NCBI GenBank assembly: GCA_043228905.1
Contig: JBHGNT010000004.1
Coordinates: 12,772,001 to 12,836,000 of the forward strand
Length of the DNA stretch: 64,000 nucleotides
DNA from: Azolla caroliniana
Taxonomy: Eukaryota; Plantae; Polypodiophyta
Reading direction: 5' to 3'
Under the pieces are notes generated by a model, which saw only the letters and a list, made by a program, of their open reading frames with translations, made no database searches and was not told the origin of the DNA. Every line of letters starts with the position of its first letter. The first letter of the stretch is position 1. Both the position numbers and the translations under genes were made by a program. Positions 13,459-25,810 of the stretch are shown piece after piece.

Positions 13459-13599
13459 TGTTGATGAAGCTTTCTTTCTTCTTTTCCTTCTCTCTCGAAC
13501 ACGAGCTATGTAGTCGCACTACGATTGCGATGAACCGGTTCTTCTCGAACATCGGCGTAGAACACAACACACGGATGGGCTAGATCGAGCTACCAAACC

Positions 13600-13611
13600 G
13601 CTCTGATACCA
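13600..13611 (-). promoter_or_regulatory. Primer-binding site (initiator tRNA-Met) of copia C
   Basis: TGGTATCAGAGC directly after the 5' LTR. Confidence 0.93.
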
Positions 13612-14215
13612 TGTAAAGAATCGGATATGATTCTTGTGTAGCGGAAGAGATGTGTGTTATGTGTGTATGTGTGAGAGAAAAGAGATGAGAGACAAGAAAA
13701 CACATGGTAGATCTGATAGAATAGAGATAGAATACTCAAGAAGAAGAAGATGTATATTCACAAGGAGAATATGAAAATACAAAATGTAGCTTTACAAGGA
13801 GTCACAACCAACTTAGTATGAAGTAGGAGGAGGGTGTTTTATATAGGCACCCTCTCTCTTCATTAACTAACTACAAAAACCACTCTCTTGGGGAATGTGG
13901 AGACCCATTAGTCATGGGGAATATGAAACTCATTAGTTATGTGTCATAGAATGCGATTCTATGACACATAATTAATGTGTAAAGAGTAGTGGTGTGACTC
14001 TTGACCTTTGAGTAATTTCATAGATTCTCAAAAGGTGTGTTCACACATTGCACTATGTTGAGCTTGATTCTCAACATTAACCCATACCGTCGAACTGAAT
14101 ACTACAATTTATACCCTCGTTCCTTCCAAATTTAGCCCACACTTACTCATAATAAGATTAAAAAAAACTATAGAAAACCTATCTCATGATCAAATATGGT
14201 TATGCACGTAACATA

Positions 14216-14853
14216 CTTGCTAAAAGAGAAGCCAATCCTTCTTTTTAGACCATAATAAGTATGGGATGTCCATATTTGATTTCAAAATATTCTCCTATTA
14301 CAAATATCTTGGAGCAAGAAATTCTCTTTTTTTTAAGTTCTTATCATAGGAATATCCATGTAATGCTTTCAAAATATTTTTTTATTCTATGCCTTGAGAA
14401 TGTTATCTCAAGCATTAAATTGTCTTTTGGAAATCACATTTTACAATGAAAAAGTTCATGACCAATGATTAAAGAAAGCTCTTTAGTTTTAAAGTATTTA
14501 TTTCAAACTCTCTTTTTTTCCCAAAAAAAAAAACAATTTACAAATGAGACGATTGTGTACAAATCCTTGTAGGGACGTGATAGTTCCATCTTATGTGGAT
14601 ACCCACTGACTCAAGTATTTATTTTAAACTTAATTCATCCAAGTTTTTATAAGTAATAATGATTAGTTAGTTCATCATCCTCTTCTATGCAATGATTTTT
14701 CTATTCATTTTTATTAATCCTTTCTTTTTGTTACTGGTTATTGGGCTTCATTCTTTTACATGGTAGCATCGACCAAATATAATTAAGAGAACCCAAGTTT
14801 GATCCATGGTCTAATCCCATTATATATATAACTTTGGAGCAAATTACACGAAT
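14216..14853 (+). repeat. Dispersed AT-rich repeat, copy 1
   Basis: Colinear with 25213-25810 (CTTGCTAAAAGAGAAGCCAATCC ... CCCATTATATATATAACTTTG). Confidence 0.8.
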
Positions 14854-16506
14854 ATCTCTACTTTTTTTAGAACTATTGGAATAAAGCCTTAGCTTTATAA
14901 TATTCTTTCTCTATCTCTCTAAGCTATGGCTTGAATATGAGGCCTGATTTTAAAAAGTTACTACTTGAATTGAATATTGAAATTCTTGTGCCATCGAACA
15001 CACCACACCTTATTCAAATAGATGATGGTTCACAGTTTTGAAGAAGAAATGGACGCTACGCCTCATCTAGACCTGTAGACAATGAACTTTCACAAGAATT
15101 TGCTTTAGACAACCTCTACGTTCTCGTGAAAATCCGCCAATAAGCGCGGATCGTGAGGCGGAACCGCCAGGATTATGGATGGGAAGGATTTAGGGCTTAA
15201 CACTTAATGTATTTTAGGCTTAAAGACGAGCAATTTCCCTCTATGGAAAGTTTTATTACTAAATCATCAATATAATGGACTTGTTTTGATACATGATTTA
15301 TTTATTTTTACTATCTCCCCTTTTGGGGTATAAGAGTATAAATCTTTTCTTATTCAATCCCCGTCTCCTTCTTCTTCTTAAAATAAGCTCTTATTTATAG
15401 GTTTACTATAGTTTGCTTTATTTTTCTCCTAAAAAAAAGCTTGTCTATATGAGTTGCGTTTTATTTCTATCACTATTTTATATTTGTAAGTCAAAATTAG
15501 ACGTGCAAGCTATTTTTGGAAAGCCCTTTGAGTTAGCTTTCTTGTGAATGTTTTCTTGTCTAATTTGGACACCGGATGAGGCAATTATGAGCTTTTTTCT
15601 CTACCTTGCTCCTCAATTCAACGCCTTGCGTTTTTTTGCATTTATTATTATTATTATTATTATTTACTTTTTCTATTTTTTTCTAGTTTTGAAAATTCGC
15701 TTCTACCTTCTTATCTTTTCATCATTTATTACAAAAGTTGACCTCACAATATTAGTTTATTTCAACTACTACTTTATTCTTTTTTGGTGGTGGTTTCACA
15801 CTATGTGTTGAAAACATCACAACAATGTGTAGGCTATCACCTCCAACCGCATCATTTTGACTATGGATCAAGCATGTGATTGCGTTCCAAAACATGTGGC
15901 TCACGCCATCACCATTGTAATTGTCAACCTACATGACAGGTGGTCTACTTCATGGATATTGATGAAGTGGGTGGAGATCAAGGGCAGATAGGGAGCCAGT
16001 GACCTTATGACGGGTGAGCTGGTGACCAAAGCCCAAGGTTTCGTTTGTTATAGTTTTATCAAAAAGCTTGAACCATCCACACATGTTGGATGAAGAAGAA
16101 TTGTGATTGCTATAGTTATATCCACCACATATATTGGTACCTTTGGCCAATAGTTCACTGGTATATGATCTTGCCCAAGTCATAATTTTTTATTTTCTAA
16201 TTCTATGGGAGTCTATTTCCATACCTTATTCTTCACGTGAGAGAGAAAGAGAGTGCATTTTGGTGGGCTTTGAAAGTCGAATAATTTGGATTTTATGTGA
16301 AAGAGGATGACTAATTTATTGCGAAATGGTATGTATGCTTTGTGTTTGGGAATATGTGAAATATGTACATACATAAGGTGCTAATAATGTGTAAGCATTA
16401 TATTATGTTGTAACGTACAACCCAGCAATGGAGACAAGGCGTCTTTTAGTTGAATGGCTTGATAGTACACAATGAATGCGAGAGTTGAATGTAAATATAT
16501 GTATGT

Positions 16507-17341
16507 GATCATCGCGTTATATGGAATCAAGTCACTGAGTTGGTGCTTTCCTTAGTACCTGTACCACCTCTCAATGGAGATCGTAGGATTCAGGATTGGA
16601 TGTTACAAAAAGGGAACATTGTTATTCCAATGCATAACATGACAACACATTCAATGTATATGTTGTTGCAACCTGTCCCATGGTTTCACGAACATGCAAA
16701 TGCATTATCAAACCTACACAAAACGCAGTCCTGGTGGCATAATAGGCTTGCAAGCTTATGGAGCTCTGGTCTTCCACTTAAGCAATGGGTATTCCTATGG
16801 AGATGCTTATTGGATGTGTTCCCAACTGGGTCGAATCTTCAAAAGAGATTGATAGCCTTGCCGCATTGTGCAAGATGTGGTGGACGATTGGAAACAGTCC
16901 CACACTTATTATGGACTTGTTCATTCACTACAACATTTGTACAAAGACTAAGTGCATCTCTTTATCATAGATTTCCTGGCCGAAGGTTTGGTAAACACTT
17001 TTGGATATTTGGACAAATTCCATGCGCCCTATCCGACAATGCCTATTTTCTCCAATGGACACAATTTTGGGCACTTTGGACCATTTGGACAGCCCGCAAT
17101 AATAAGGTCTTTGATCGAAACCAACTGCATGAAGTTAGCTTCTTTAAGCAATCCCTCAGGCAATCTCTATTTGATTGTTTGCAACTTAGAGACATCAGAC
17201 TCCAAATTTACAACCTTTGCTTTGAGTGCTTTTAAGCTCTTTAGTGTCTAATCGACACTTGTATATTTTTCTTTATTCTTTGTGGGTTTTCACCTCACTT
17301 TGAGGTTTCTCACTAGTAATAAAAGTGTTACTAAGAAAAAA
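16507..17341 (+). mobile_element. 5'-truncated L1-like LINE (C-terminal zf-RVT region)
   Basis: ORF 16540-17235 with FLWR..D.FPT...C..CG...ETVPHLLWTC and W.IWTARN. AATAAA and short A tail. Possible TSD ATATATGTATGT (16495-16506, 17347-17358), uncertain. Confidence 0.8.
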
Positions 17342-17856
17342 CACAGATATATGTATGTACCATGGGGACATCAAGAGTGGAAAAAGGGTATTTAGGACAC
17401 ACCTACATCACTTGTACAAAACGGCCAGGGGTCAGGCAATCACTCATCTCTCAAAGGCAAGGAGGATAAAGAAGAAAATAGAAGAAGGAAACAAACATGT
17501 AGTTTGTTGGTGGATTGGGGCCAGGTGGACTGGGCATCTATATGTATGTATGTATCATCATTTGTATGGATGGTTTTTGTCACGAGGATGGATGTACATA
17601 TAAGTCGGTCAATTCATAATAATGATAATAATATGGCAAGGCAAAGACAATGATTCTCTCTCTCTCTTCACGGACGTTAATATATCTTTCTTTCTCTCTC
17701 TCTCTCTCTCTCTCTCTTCACGGACGTGTTGTTGGCCTTTTTTATTTAACCACATGTAATAAACTAGTTAGTAGGAAAAAGAAGAAGAAGGTGAAACAAA
17801 TATGAAAAGGTAAATAAAAGGTGAAAAGGTGAAAGAATACAAAAAGGTGTACCCCA

Positions 17857-18105
17857 CAAATAGAGTGCACCTATAACCATGACATTCTCTCTTTGTGGTT
17901 GGTTGGTTGTACAGAGACAAAAACTAATCAATAGAAAGAAGTTTCTCCCCTCTCTTTCTCTCTCTTTCTATTTTTTTCTTTCTCTCTCTCTCAAATAGGG
18001 TGCACCTATAACCACCACATTCTCTCTTTGTGGTCAGTTGGTTGTACAGAGACAAAAACTAATCAATAGAAAGAAGTTTCTCCCCTCTCTCTCTCTCTCT
18101 CTTTC
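17857..18105 (+). repeat. About 135-bp tandem duplication inside the 5' LTR of copia D
   Basis: CAAATAG(A/G)GTGCACCTATAACCA...GTTTCTCCCCTCTCT at 17857 and 17992. Confidence 0.85.
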
Positions 18106-18488
18106 CATTTCTTAATTCTACATGGTATCAAAGCAATGAAGGAGTCCAACCCCACCAAGAATTTTTTTCGTGGTGTCAATAACGAACGTGTGAATTAAAG
18201 AAAAGATTTTTGACCATGTCAAACGCTGGAGTGATAGCGAATGTGGCGGCAAATGTCGCCCAGGTATCGTCTCACACTTATCACATTGAAAAATTGAATG
18301 ATAAAAACTATCAACCATGGCGTATGACCATGGAAATTAAATTAGAACAATATAACTTGTTAAATATCGTCGATGGAACCGACATGTGCCCCGACATTCA
18401 TGACCCCATAAATGCACTTGACATGCAAACTTGGAAGCGGCGTGATTTAAATGCTCACTTAGAACTTCTCTTTCATATGGACTCTAAA

Positions 18489-20047
18489 TAAGTGAAACCT
18501 ATGGCTTAAGGGAAAACATATTCTTTTGAATGAGTCATGTGTGTGAAATGTTGAGTGCTAAACAACCGTTGACATGGGAATATAATACATGAGACTATTG
18601 AATTGATGATAAATCTTAAAATGCCACTTCTACATCTTATTGTGTGGACATAAATTTGGTTATGGTAAAGCTATGTCATTGTTCTACATCTCCATAAACT
18701 AACTTTTCTAGGACAATGCACAACATTTATGCGATAATGCAAGAAGTTAACAAAGATTTTTAATGCAAAAAAATGTAAAGAAGGCAAACAAGAGCAATAT
18801 ATTTGATGTGGTATATTATATATTATGAAACGTTTTTAATAGTTTGAGCTTGATGAAAGCACAAGGCAAGAAGATTACATGGCGTTTGTATTCTAGACAA
18901 GCAAACATTTTACTTTCCTTGCTTGCTTGGGGAGCATTACATTGTCCACAAACAAAGAGTTCGTATGCTTCCAATATAACATCGTGGAACTTTGAGTGTC
19001 TGGAATAGGGTTACTACTAAATATCACACATATGCATCCAGTTCTAATGACATTCAATCAAAGCTATTACAGATTAATGTTATTGTATAGACTCCTCTTC
19101 GATTTGATGGAGTGTCTTCAATTTACATGCACAACCTAATAAATTTGGATATTGCATATAATTTTCCCTACATGCATGCTCATGTAATATTCAATTTGTA
19201 ATGCATTCCAATTTGTCACACGCTTATCATGAGCAATATTCAAAGAAAAAAGATTCAATAAAAGAGAAAAACAGAGAAAATAGAGAGAATAAGAAAAAAG
19301 AGAGACAAATACATACTTTCTGAGTGGTGGAGTGGCAAATAGCAGATGTCGTGGAATCACCGAGAAGCGACAAGGGGCAACAAGTAGCGCGCGAAGAAAG
19401 AGCAGGAAGTGAGAAGAAGGAAAGCAAGAAAAGAAAAAACTGGGGGAAAAGAGAAAATAGGAGGAAAAGAGAAAGAGGGGGAATTTGGAAATGAAATATT
19501 GAAACAACGAAAGACATATACTATTATAAAATGTACATACTATTGTCTACAAGACTACATACTACAATGTACAATGTACATTGTACATTATAAATTAGGG
19601 AAAAGTACCAGGATACCCCTGGAAGTTCGTCTATTTACCAGAATGCCCCTGGAAGTTCCAAATTTACCAAACTACCCCTATGTCCAAACCATTACACTTT
19701 ATAAAGTAATTATACACTGAAATCTACAAGCCCTATTTACCAAATATGGAAGAAATGGACCCGAACTAGCCCTATTTACCAAAGATTTGAGCGTATAATT
19801 ACTTTATAAAGTGTAGGTTTTTGGACATAGGGGTAGTTTGGTAATTTTGGAACTTCCAGGGGCATTTTGGTAAATAGACGAACTTCCAGGGGTATCCTGG
19901 TACTTTTCCCTATAAATTATAATAGTATAATAGTATATGTCTTTGTAGTATATACATGTACATTTTATAGTATGTATATATACTATAGTCTACAATGTAT
20001 ATACTACAATATTAAATATACTATATGACATTATACAATGTCATATT

Positions 20048-20082
<35 letters not shown>

Positions 20083-20266
20083 CAATTTTTAGCATGTCAT
20101 TTGACATGTATAAATTTTGGGCGCCTTTCACATGAAAAATGAAAATTGTAAGTTTATATGTCACTTGACGGACATTTTTATTGGGTGTGTGTTTTTGACG
20201 GGCAAAATGGCCTTTGACGGGCATGACACCAGTCAAATTCTTGCCTTGATATGGAGGACACACTTA
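18489..20266. mobile_element. Unclassified 1.8-kb insertion in the gag of copia D
   Basis: Gag reads ...HMDSK before it and KQSVRTLTTSKQIWD after it. Ends TAAGTG...CACTTA; TTGACGG repeated three times near the right end. Confidence 0.55.
19598..19910. mobile_element. Mutator-type MITE, copy 1
   Basis: About 90-bp TIRs GGGAAAAGTACCAGGATACCCC...; 9-bp TSD TATAAATTA. Confidence 0.93.
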
Positions 20267-21065
20267 AGCAAAGTGTGAGAACTTTGACTACCTCCAAACA
20301 AATATGGGATAGATATTAGATTAGAGGCTTATTACCTCCATACGGACATTACGTCCCAATTTGCCAATTTAAAAACATTAATAATATGAATATGAATTAA
20401 AATGATGATGTTGACACGTTTGTCAAAAATTAGAGACTTCGCCTTGATGATGTGATGCTTTCAAGACTTAGTTTGCCAAGTTTCGTTTAATTTGCCCTCT
20501 TGTTAGCCACCCTACCCCCCATCATGGCAACCATTTATAAGCACAAAAGCCACATCAGCCAACATTAGTGTCCCAACATTAGTGGCATCAATCTCACAAG
20601 AAAACATATTTCGTAGGGCAATAAACCAACCATCTTCATCTCACACCACACTTTATATCAAACATTCAAAATACAATACAAAATCTTACAATAAACCTAG
20701 ATCAACATACCAACATACTAACTCCAAATTTTATTCACGGACTGCCAAATTTAATGACTCAAGAGATCATAATAAATCTAGGTTCCTTAGATCCTTTTGC
20801 AAAAATTGTCAAAGGAGTGGACATGAAACAAAATATTGTTATGGGAATTCTAACAACAAAGGGAAAAGAACATATAAAGAAGACCAATCTTACAATGCAT
20901 CACATGATGACTACAATCAAAATAATAACATATGTCATAGTGACCAAAATTCCGATGAGGACAATGAAGATTCCTTCATTGCCTTCATGGCCCTCACTTC
21001 ATTTAATCACTCTCCCACTTCAATGTGGATTCTTGATACAAGTGCCACATATAACCTCACCTCAA

Positions 21066-21188
21066 GGGTTGAATGGCTCAAAGACTATAAGCCCTTAGAA
21101 CGTCCTTTCCCGGTGAGATATGGGGTTGAATGGCTCAAAGACTATAAGCCCTTAGAACGTCCTTCCCCGGTGAGATATGGGGTTGAAT
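21066..21188 (+). repeat. 57-bp tandem duplication in the copia D protease
   Basis: VEWLKDYKPLERP(F/S)PVRYG encoded twice. Confidence 0.9.
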
Positions 21189-22214
21189 ATTCCCTTAGCC
21201 ATGGGAGTGCCCATCTTGAACTTTCTATTGGGAACTTATTGAAGTCAATGAAGTTTATTATAATAAATACCAAACATAGCAAAAAACTTGATATCCGTCA
21301 ATAAACTCACAAATGATAATACATCGGTCGAGTTCTACCACAAATATTGTATCATTTGTCACGAGACACCCTCCAATCGAGGTTATGTCGTTAATTGTCA
21401 AAGACAAGGATGTCTTTACCTTTTAGGCCGCTCGGTGGTACCTGCTGAAGAAGCACACCACATTGATCCGCGTAAATCGAAACTATCCCTTTGCGAAAAC
21501 TCTCTAACTCGCCATTTCCATCACATCCTACAACAACCACTAAATCCCTCCAAGTAGTACACACGGATATATGTAGTCCTTTGACTACCCCCATCCCTAT
21601 ATGGAAATGTATATTCCGTAACGTTTATCGATGACTTTTTCTCATTTCACAATGGTCATTTTTCTAAAGACAAAATGTAGTAATCAAGTCCTTGAGAAAT
21701 TCAAAGCCTATCATAAACTCGCAACAAATCAACAAGATTTACCCCTTAAAGTACTCCAATAAGATAATGGTGAAGAAATAAAGTCCCAAAACTTCCAAAC
21801 TTAATGCCAAAACCATGGGATTCAAGAACGATTTACTATCCCTTATACACCTCAACACAATTCAAGGGCTGAACGACAAAACCGGTTGTATATGGATGCT
21901 ACTTGTTGCATGCTCGCCATTGCAAACCTTCCCCGAACATATTGGGAAGAGGTTGTTTCAACCGCATGTTATATATTTTTAATAGAACATATAGTAGTAG
22001 ATGAATTAAGAGAATTCCATTTTCGTTGTGGTTTGGAAAAAATCCAAATTGTGAAAATCTAAGAATCTTTGGATGTTCATCATATATGCACACTAGCACC
22101 ATTATAGACTCCATCAAAATTAGGTAATCCTCTCTCTTTCTCTCTCTCTCTCTCTCCGTCTCTTGCCATTTCTTAATTCCTACACCACAGCTAGCTGTTT
22201 CTGCTGCTATTTCA

Positions 22215-22219
<5 letters not shown>

Positions 22220-22268
<49 letters not shown>

Positions 22269-22275
22269 GTCTGTC
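22220..22275 (+). repeat. (CT)n/(CTGT)n microsatellite in the leader region of the OCT gene
   Basis: Directly visible in the sequence. Confidence 0.9.
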
Positions 22276-22340
22276 TGTGCATCTGTCTGTTCGTCGCTCG
22301 TAGCTGGTGTGTCGGGCTCTGGCTGATATCACACCCGCCC

Positions 22341-23037
22341 ATGGATTCATCATCATCATCATCATCTTGTCCATGGCGTTCCACTGAGGAGGAGGAGGAG
22401 GAGGAGGAGGAGAAGGAGGAGCCCCTCCTCCTCCGCCTGCTGTCTCCTACAACAACGCCGCCGCATCTTCATGCTTCCGCCTCCGCCTCTTTCAATAATA
22501 ATAATAATCCTCCTCCTCCTCGTGCTCGTGCTCGTGCTCGTGCTCGTCGTCATCGTCATGAGCACTCCGTGGACCACATCTTGCACGTTTGGGCGGGGGA
22601 GTTTGGGCCTGCCCAATTCCTGCATTTCACACTGTCCAGCCTTGCCTGGACCATGGAGGCCCTTCAAACCATGCTCATGTTATTCGCTGACAAGACTCCT
22701 GCATGGACAACAACCGCAGCTGCATTCACCAGCATCAGCAGCAGCAGCAGCAGCAGCAGCCCATCTTCTTTAGCAGTATTACCCAACTTCTCAACCAATC
22801 TAGGTGGCACCACAGCGCCATATTTGGGCACCTTCGTTTCTCCCCCTTCATCTATGTCTATGTCTCTGTGGAAGTCGTCGAATGATGATGTTGATATATG
22901 CTCCATGGAATATGGGTCGTCATGGCAATGGGTGGGTGGCGCCCAACAATCTACCGTCTCAGAGTGGGCTCTCATCTGTGGTGACGAATATAAGGTGGGC
23001 CTTGTTCAGTCGGCATTCTTCATCGGCACTCTCCTAG
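22341..23037 (+). CDS. OCT4: Organic cation/carnitine transporter (MFS, OCT1/OCT4-like), exon 1
   Basis: GEFGPAQFLHF..AWTMEALQTMLMLFAD and STVSEWALICGDEYKVGLVQSAFF. Donor AG|GTAAGT at 23038, phase 1. Symbol reflects similarity to Arabidopsis OCT1/OCT4; orthology not tested. Confidence 0.9.

Positions 23038-23089
<52 letters not shown>
23038..23089 (+). repeat. (GTAA)13 microsatellite starting at the 5' splice site
   Basis: Directly visible in the sequence. Confidence 0.95.
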
Positions 23090-23090
<1 letters not shown>

Positions 23091-23270
23091 CAAGTAAGTG
23101 TGCCTGCCTCCCCCAGAATTAGAGTAGTACATACTCTGTTGCTCAAAACACTTATATGATTTCACGGGAACTTCTTGCTACCTACAAAAAGTACTAATTT
23201 GTGGCTCAAATTTAGGGTAATCTCCTTGTTTGTTTTTATATCTGGTTTTTGAAGGACTTAATATGTCCAG

Positions 23271-24505
23271 GTGCTGGTATATTTGGTAGCCTCTCAGATT
23301 CTCGGCTTGGCCGCAAGGGCACCCTCGCACTCGTATGCATCTTAAATACCATATCGGGGATCCTTACAGCGTTTTCACCCAACTTTTGGACGTATTTTGC
23401 ATTGCGTACTGCGACCGGCTTCAGTGCAGGGGGGCTCGGACTCTGCTCCTTTGTTCTCGCCACGGAATCAGTTGGGCCGAACAAGAGAGGTCCGGTTGGG
23501 ATGTCTACCTTCTACTTCTTCTCTGGTGGAATTATGTTATTGTCGGGGCTTGCTCTCCTTACTTCCTCCTGGAGACACCTATGCATCATTATATCCATTC
23601 CTTCTATATTGTATTGTATCCTCGTCATACCTTTCTTGAATGAATCTCCAAGATGGTATCTCGTTCAAGGCCGAACTGAGGATGCAATGAGAGTGTTGGC
23701 ATCGATTGCATCTCGGAATCGTAGAAGTCTACCTGAGGATATTACCGTGGTAGCCGAAAAAAGAGACGAAGAAGAAGAGAGTGTCAGCATAACTAATGAA
23801 AACCTAGATTCTAAAGCTGATGATGAGGGAGCAATAAGTGAATCCTTGGGAAGGAATTCTCTATTAGATGTATTCAAAGCCAAGTCCACTCGAGCCAGAA
23901 TGCTTATCATGGTATTTGTATGGCTCACTGTGGCCATGGTCTATTATGGTATCAGCTTGAACGTGACCAATCTTAGCACGAATTTATACCTGAGTGTCTT
24001 CCTCAATGCTGTAGCTGAAGTGCCCGCGTTCGTGATCACGTCCGTGTTCTTCGAAAAATACGGACGGAGATATGCACTCATGATCACATTGCTGGTAGCT
24101 GGATTTTGTTGTCTTGTAGGAGTGTTTGCACCAGGAAATGATGATGTCACCAGACCTTCTGGTTCAGATCATATTCAAGGGATAATAAGGTTCGTATGTG
24201 GTTTAGTAGCCATTTTCGGGATGGCAGGTGCGTATAATTTGCTTTACATCTATACAGCCGAGCTTTTCCCGACAGTGGTTCGAAATGCGGCTTTGGGGCT
24301 AGCAAGCCAAGCAGCCCAAATTGGTGCAATACTTGCACCCATTGTCGTGGTCTTGGGGAAGCTCTACCCGTCGTTGCCTTATTCCATGTTCTCAGGTGTA
24401 TCCTTTATGGGTGCGATACTTGCATTAAAGCTTCCCGAGACAGTGCATTGCCCCATGTATGAGACTTTTGAAGGAATGCAGCGTGGGGAGATCGAAGGTG
24501 GGTGA
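23271..24505 (+). CDS. OCT4: Organic cation/carnitine transporter, exon 2 (spliced product 643 aa)
   Basis: Acceptor CAG at 23268-23270 restores IGTLL-G-AGIFGSLSD. MFS motifs SDSRLGRKG, ESPRWY, YTAELFPTVVRN and LPET. No frameshifts. Confidence 0.93.
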
Positions 24506-25212
24506 ATTGTGGAATAAATATCAACATTAGCAATGTAGAGCCTCAACTTGTGCTCGATGAGAGAATCATTAGGCACTAGTGCGTGTTTGTGTTCGATTTT
24601 GAAGGTATCAGAAATTACTTTTTGAGTGGAAGGGTGTAAAAAAGAACATTTGGTTCACCCTCTAATGAGAAAAGTGTGTTTTCGGAACAAATCAATTGAA
24701 TTCGTTAGGCAGATGAGGAAGGGAATTTTGCATTTTGTTTTTGAGACCATTGGCTTGTTTTATGAAGGTGGTGTGGATTGGAGAGATATATAGATAGATA
24801 GATAGATAGATTATATTATCGTCTTCGGAGGTCAAATATGAGAGAGAGAGAGAGGCGAAGCACTGCATTGTTTTTTGTTTAAATTGTCCTCATGCAAGTT
24901 TTTTTCAATCAATCATCGTGCATATTTTCCAATGGATTTCATTGTGCATCGTTAGTAAGCGTCGAAGGACTTCTTGTTGTTGGCTTTTATCTAATAAATG
25001 TCTTACAATCTCTACAGCTATACTTATATTCCTCATATTCATTTTGTGAAAGAGAAAATCAAAAGTGTTTTGATGCATATGTAACAACGTTTCTAGTTTT
25101 AACTTTTGTCCTACAAGTTTGGCACCTAGTTTATTCAATCGAACACCCCACATTACTATCATTCTTTTAAATAGTCTCCAATTTGTGGAGGTATATTCTA
25201 CTATAAGTTATG

Positions 25213-25810
25213 CTTGCTAAAAGAGAAGCCAATCCTAGTTTTTTTACATAAAAAGTACATAATATCCATATTTGACTTAAAAATATTCTCCTATTACAAT
25301 TATCTTGGAGCAAGGAATTCTCTTGTTTTTAAGTTCTTATCATAGGAATATCCATGTAATGCTTTCAAAATATTTTTCTATTCTATGCCGTGAGAATGCT
25401 ATCTCAAGCATTAAATTATCCTTTGAAAATCCCATTCTACGAAGAAAAAGTTCATGACCAATGATTAAAGAAAGGTCTTTCACTTTAAAGTATTTATTTC
25501 TAACTTAATTCGCAATTTGGGATCTTCATCCTTGAAGGTCATTTATTGAACAATCAAACAAAAATATGCAAGGTTCCACGTTTCTAAAAGTAATAATCAT
25601 AATTTATTAGTTAGTTCTTCATCCTCTTCTATGCAATGATTTTTTTGTGCATTTTTATTAATTCTCTGTTTTTGTTAGTGGTTATTGGGTGTCATTCTTT
25701 TCCATGGTAGCATCGAAGGCATATAGTCAAGAGAATCCAAGTTTGATCCTTGCCATGTGGCATGGTCAAATCCCATTATATATATAACTTTGCAGCAAAT
25801 TACATGAATA
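25213..25810 (+). repeat. Dispersed AT-rich repeat, copy 2
   Basis: Colinear with 14216-14853. Confidence 0.8.

Larger units (their letters stand above)
8387..14076 (-). mobile_element. Full-length degenerate Ty1/copia element C
   Basis: LTRs at 8387-8849 and 13612-14076. Perfect 5-bp TSD TTAAC (8382-8386, 14077-14081). PBS TGGTATCAGAGC; PPT at about 8850-8860. Confidence 0.96.
17755..22184 (+). mobile_element. Degenerate Ty1/copia element D (RT/RNase H and most of the 3' LTR deleted)
   Basis: 5' LTR at 17755-18122, PBS TGGTATCAAAGC at 18123-18134. Gag (EKLNDKNYQPW, CKNCQRSGH), PR WILDTSA and INT remnants. LTR end CCATTTCTTAATTCCTACA repeated at 22166-22184. TSD CCACA (17750-17754, 22185-22189). 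Confidence 0.88.

Noticed and set aside
15040-16190. GC-richer patches and a 77-aa minus-strand ORF
   Set aside because: No recognisable motif, splice structure or termini.
21899-22975. Antisense and alternative-frame ORFs over OCT exon 1 and its leader
   Set aside because: Produced by microsatellites and the opposite strand of real coding or integrase sequence.
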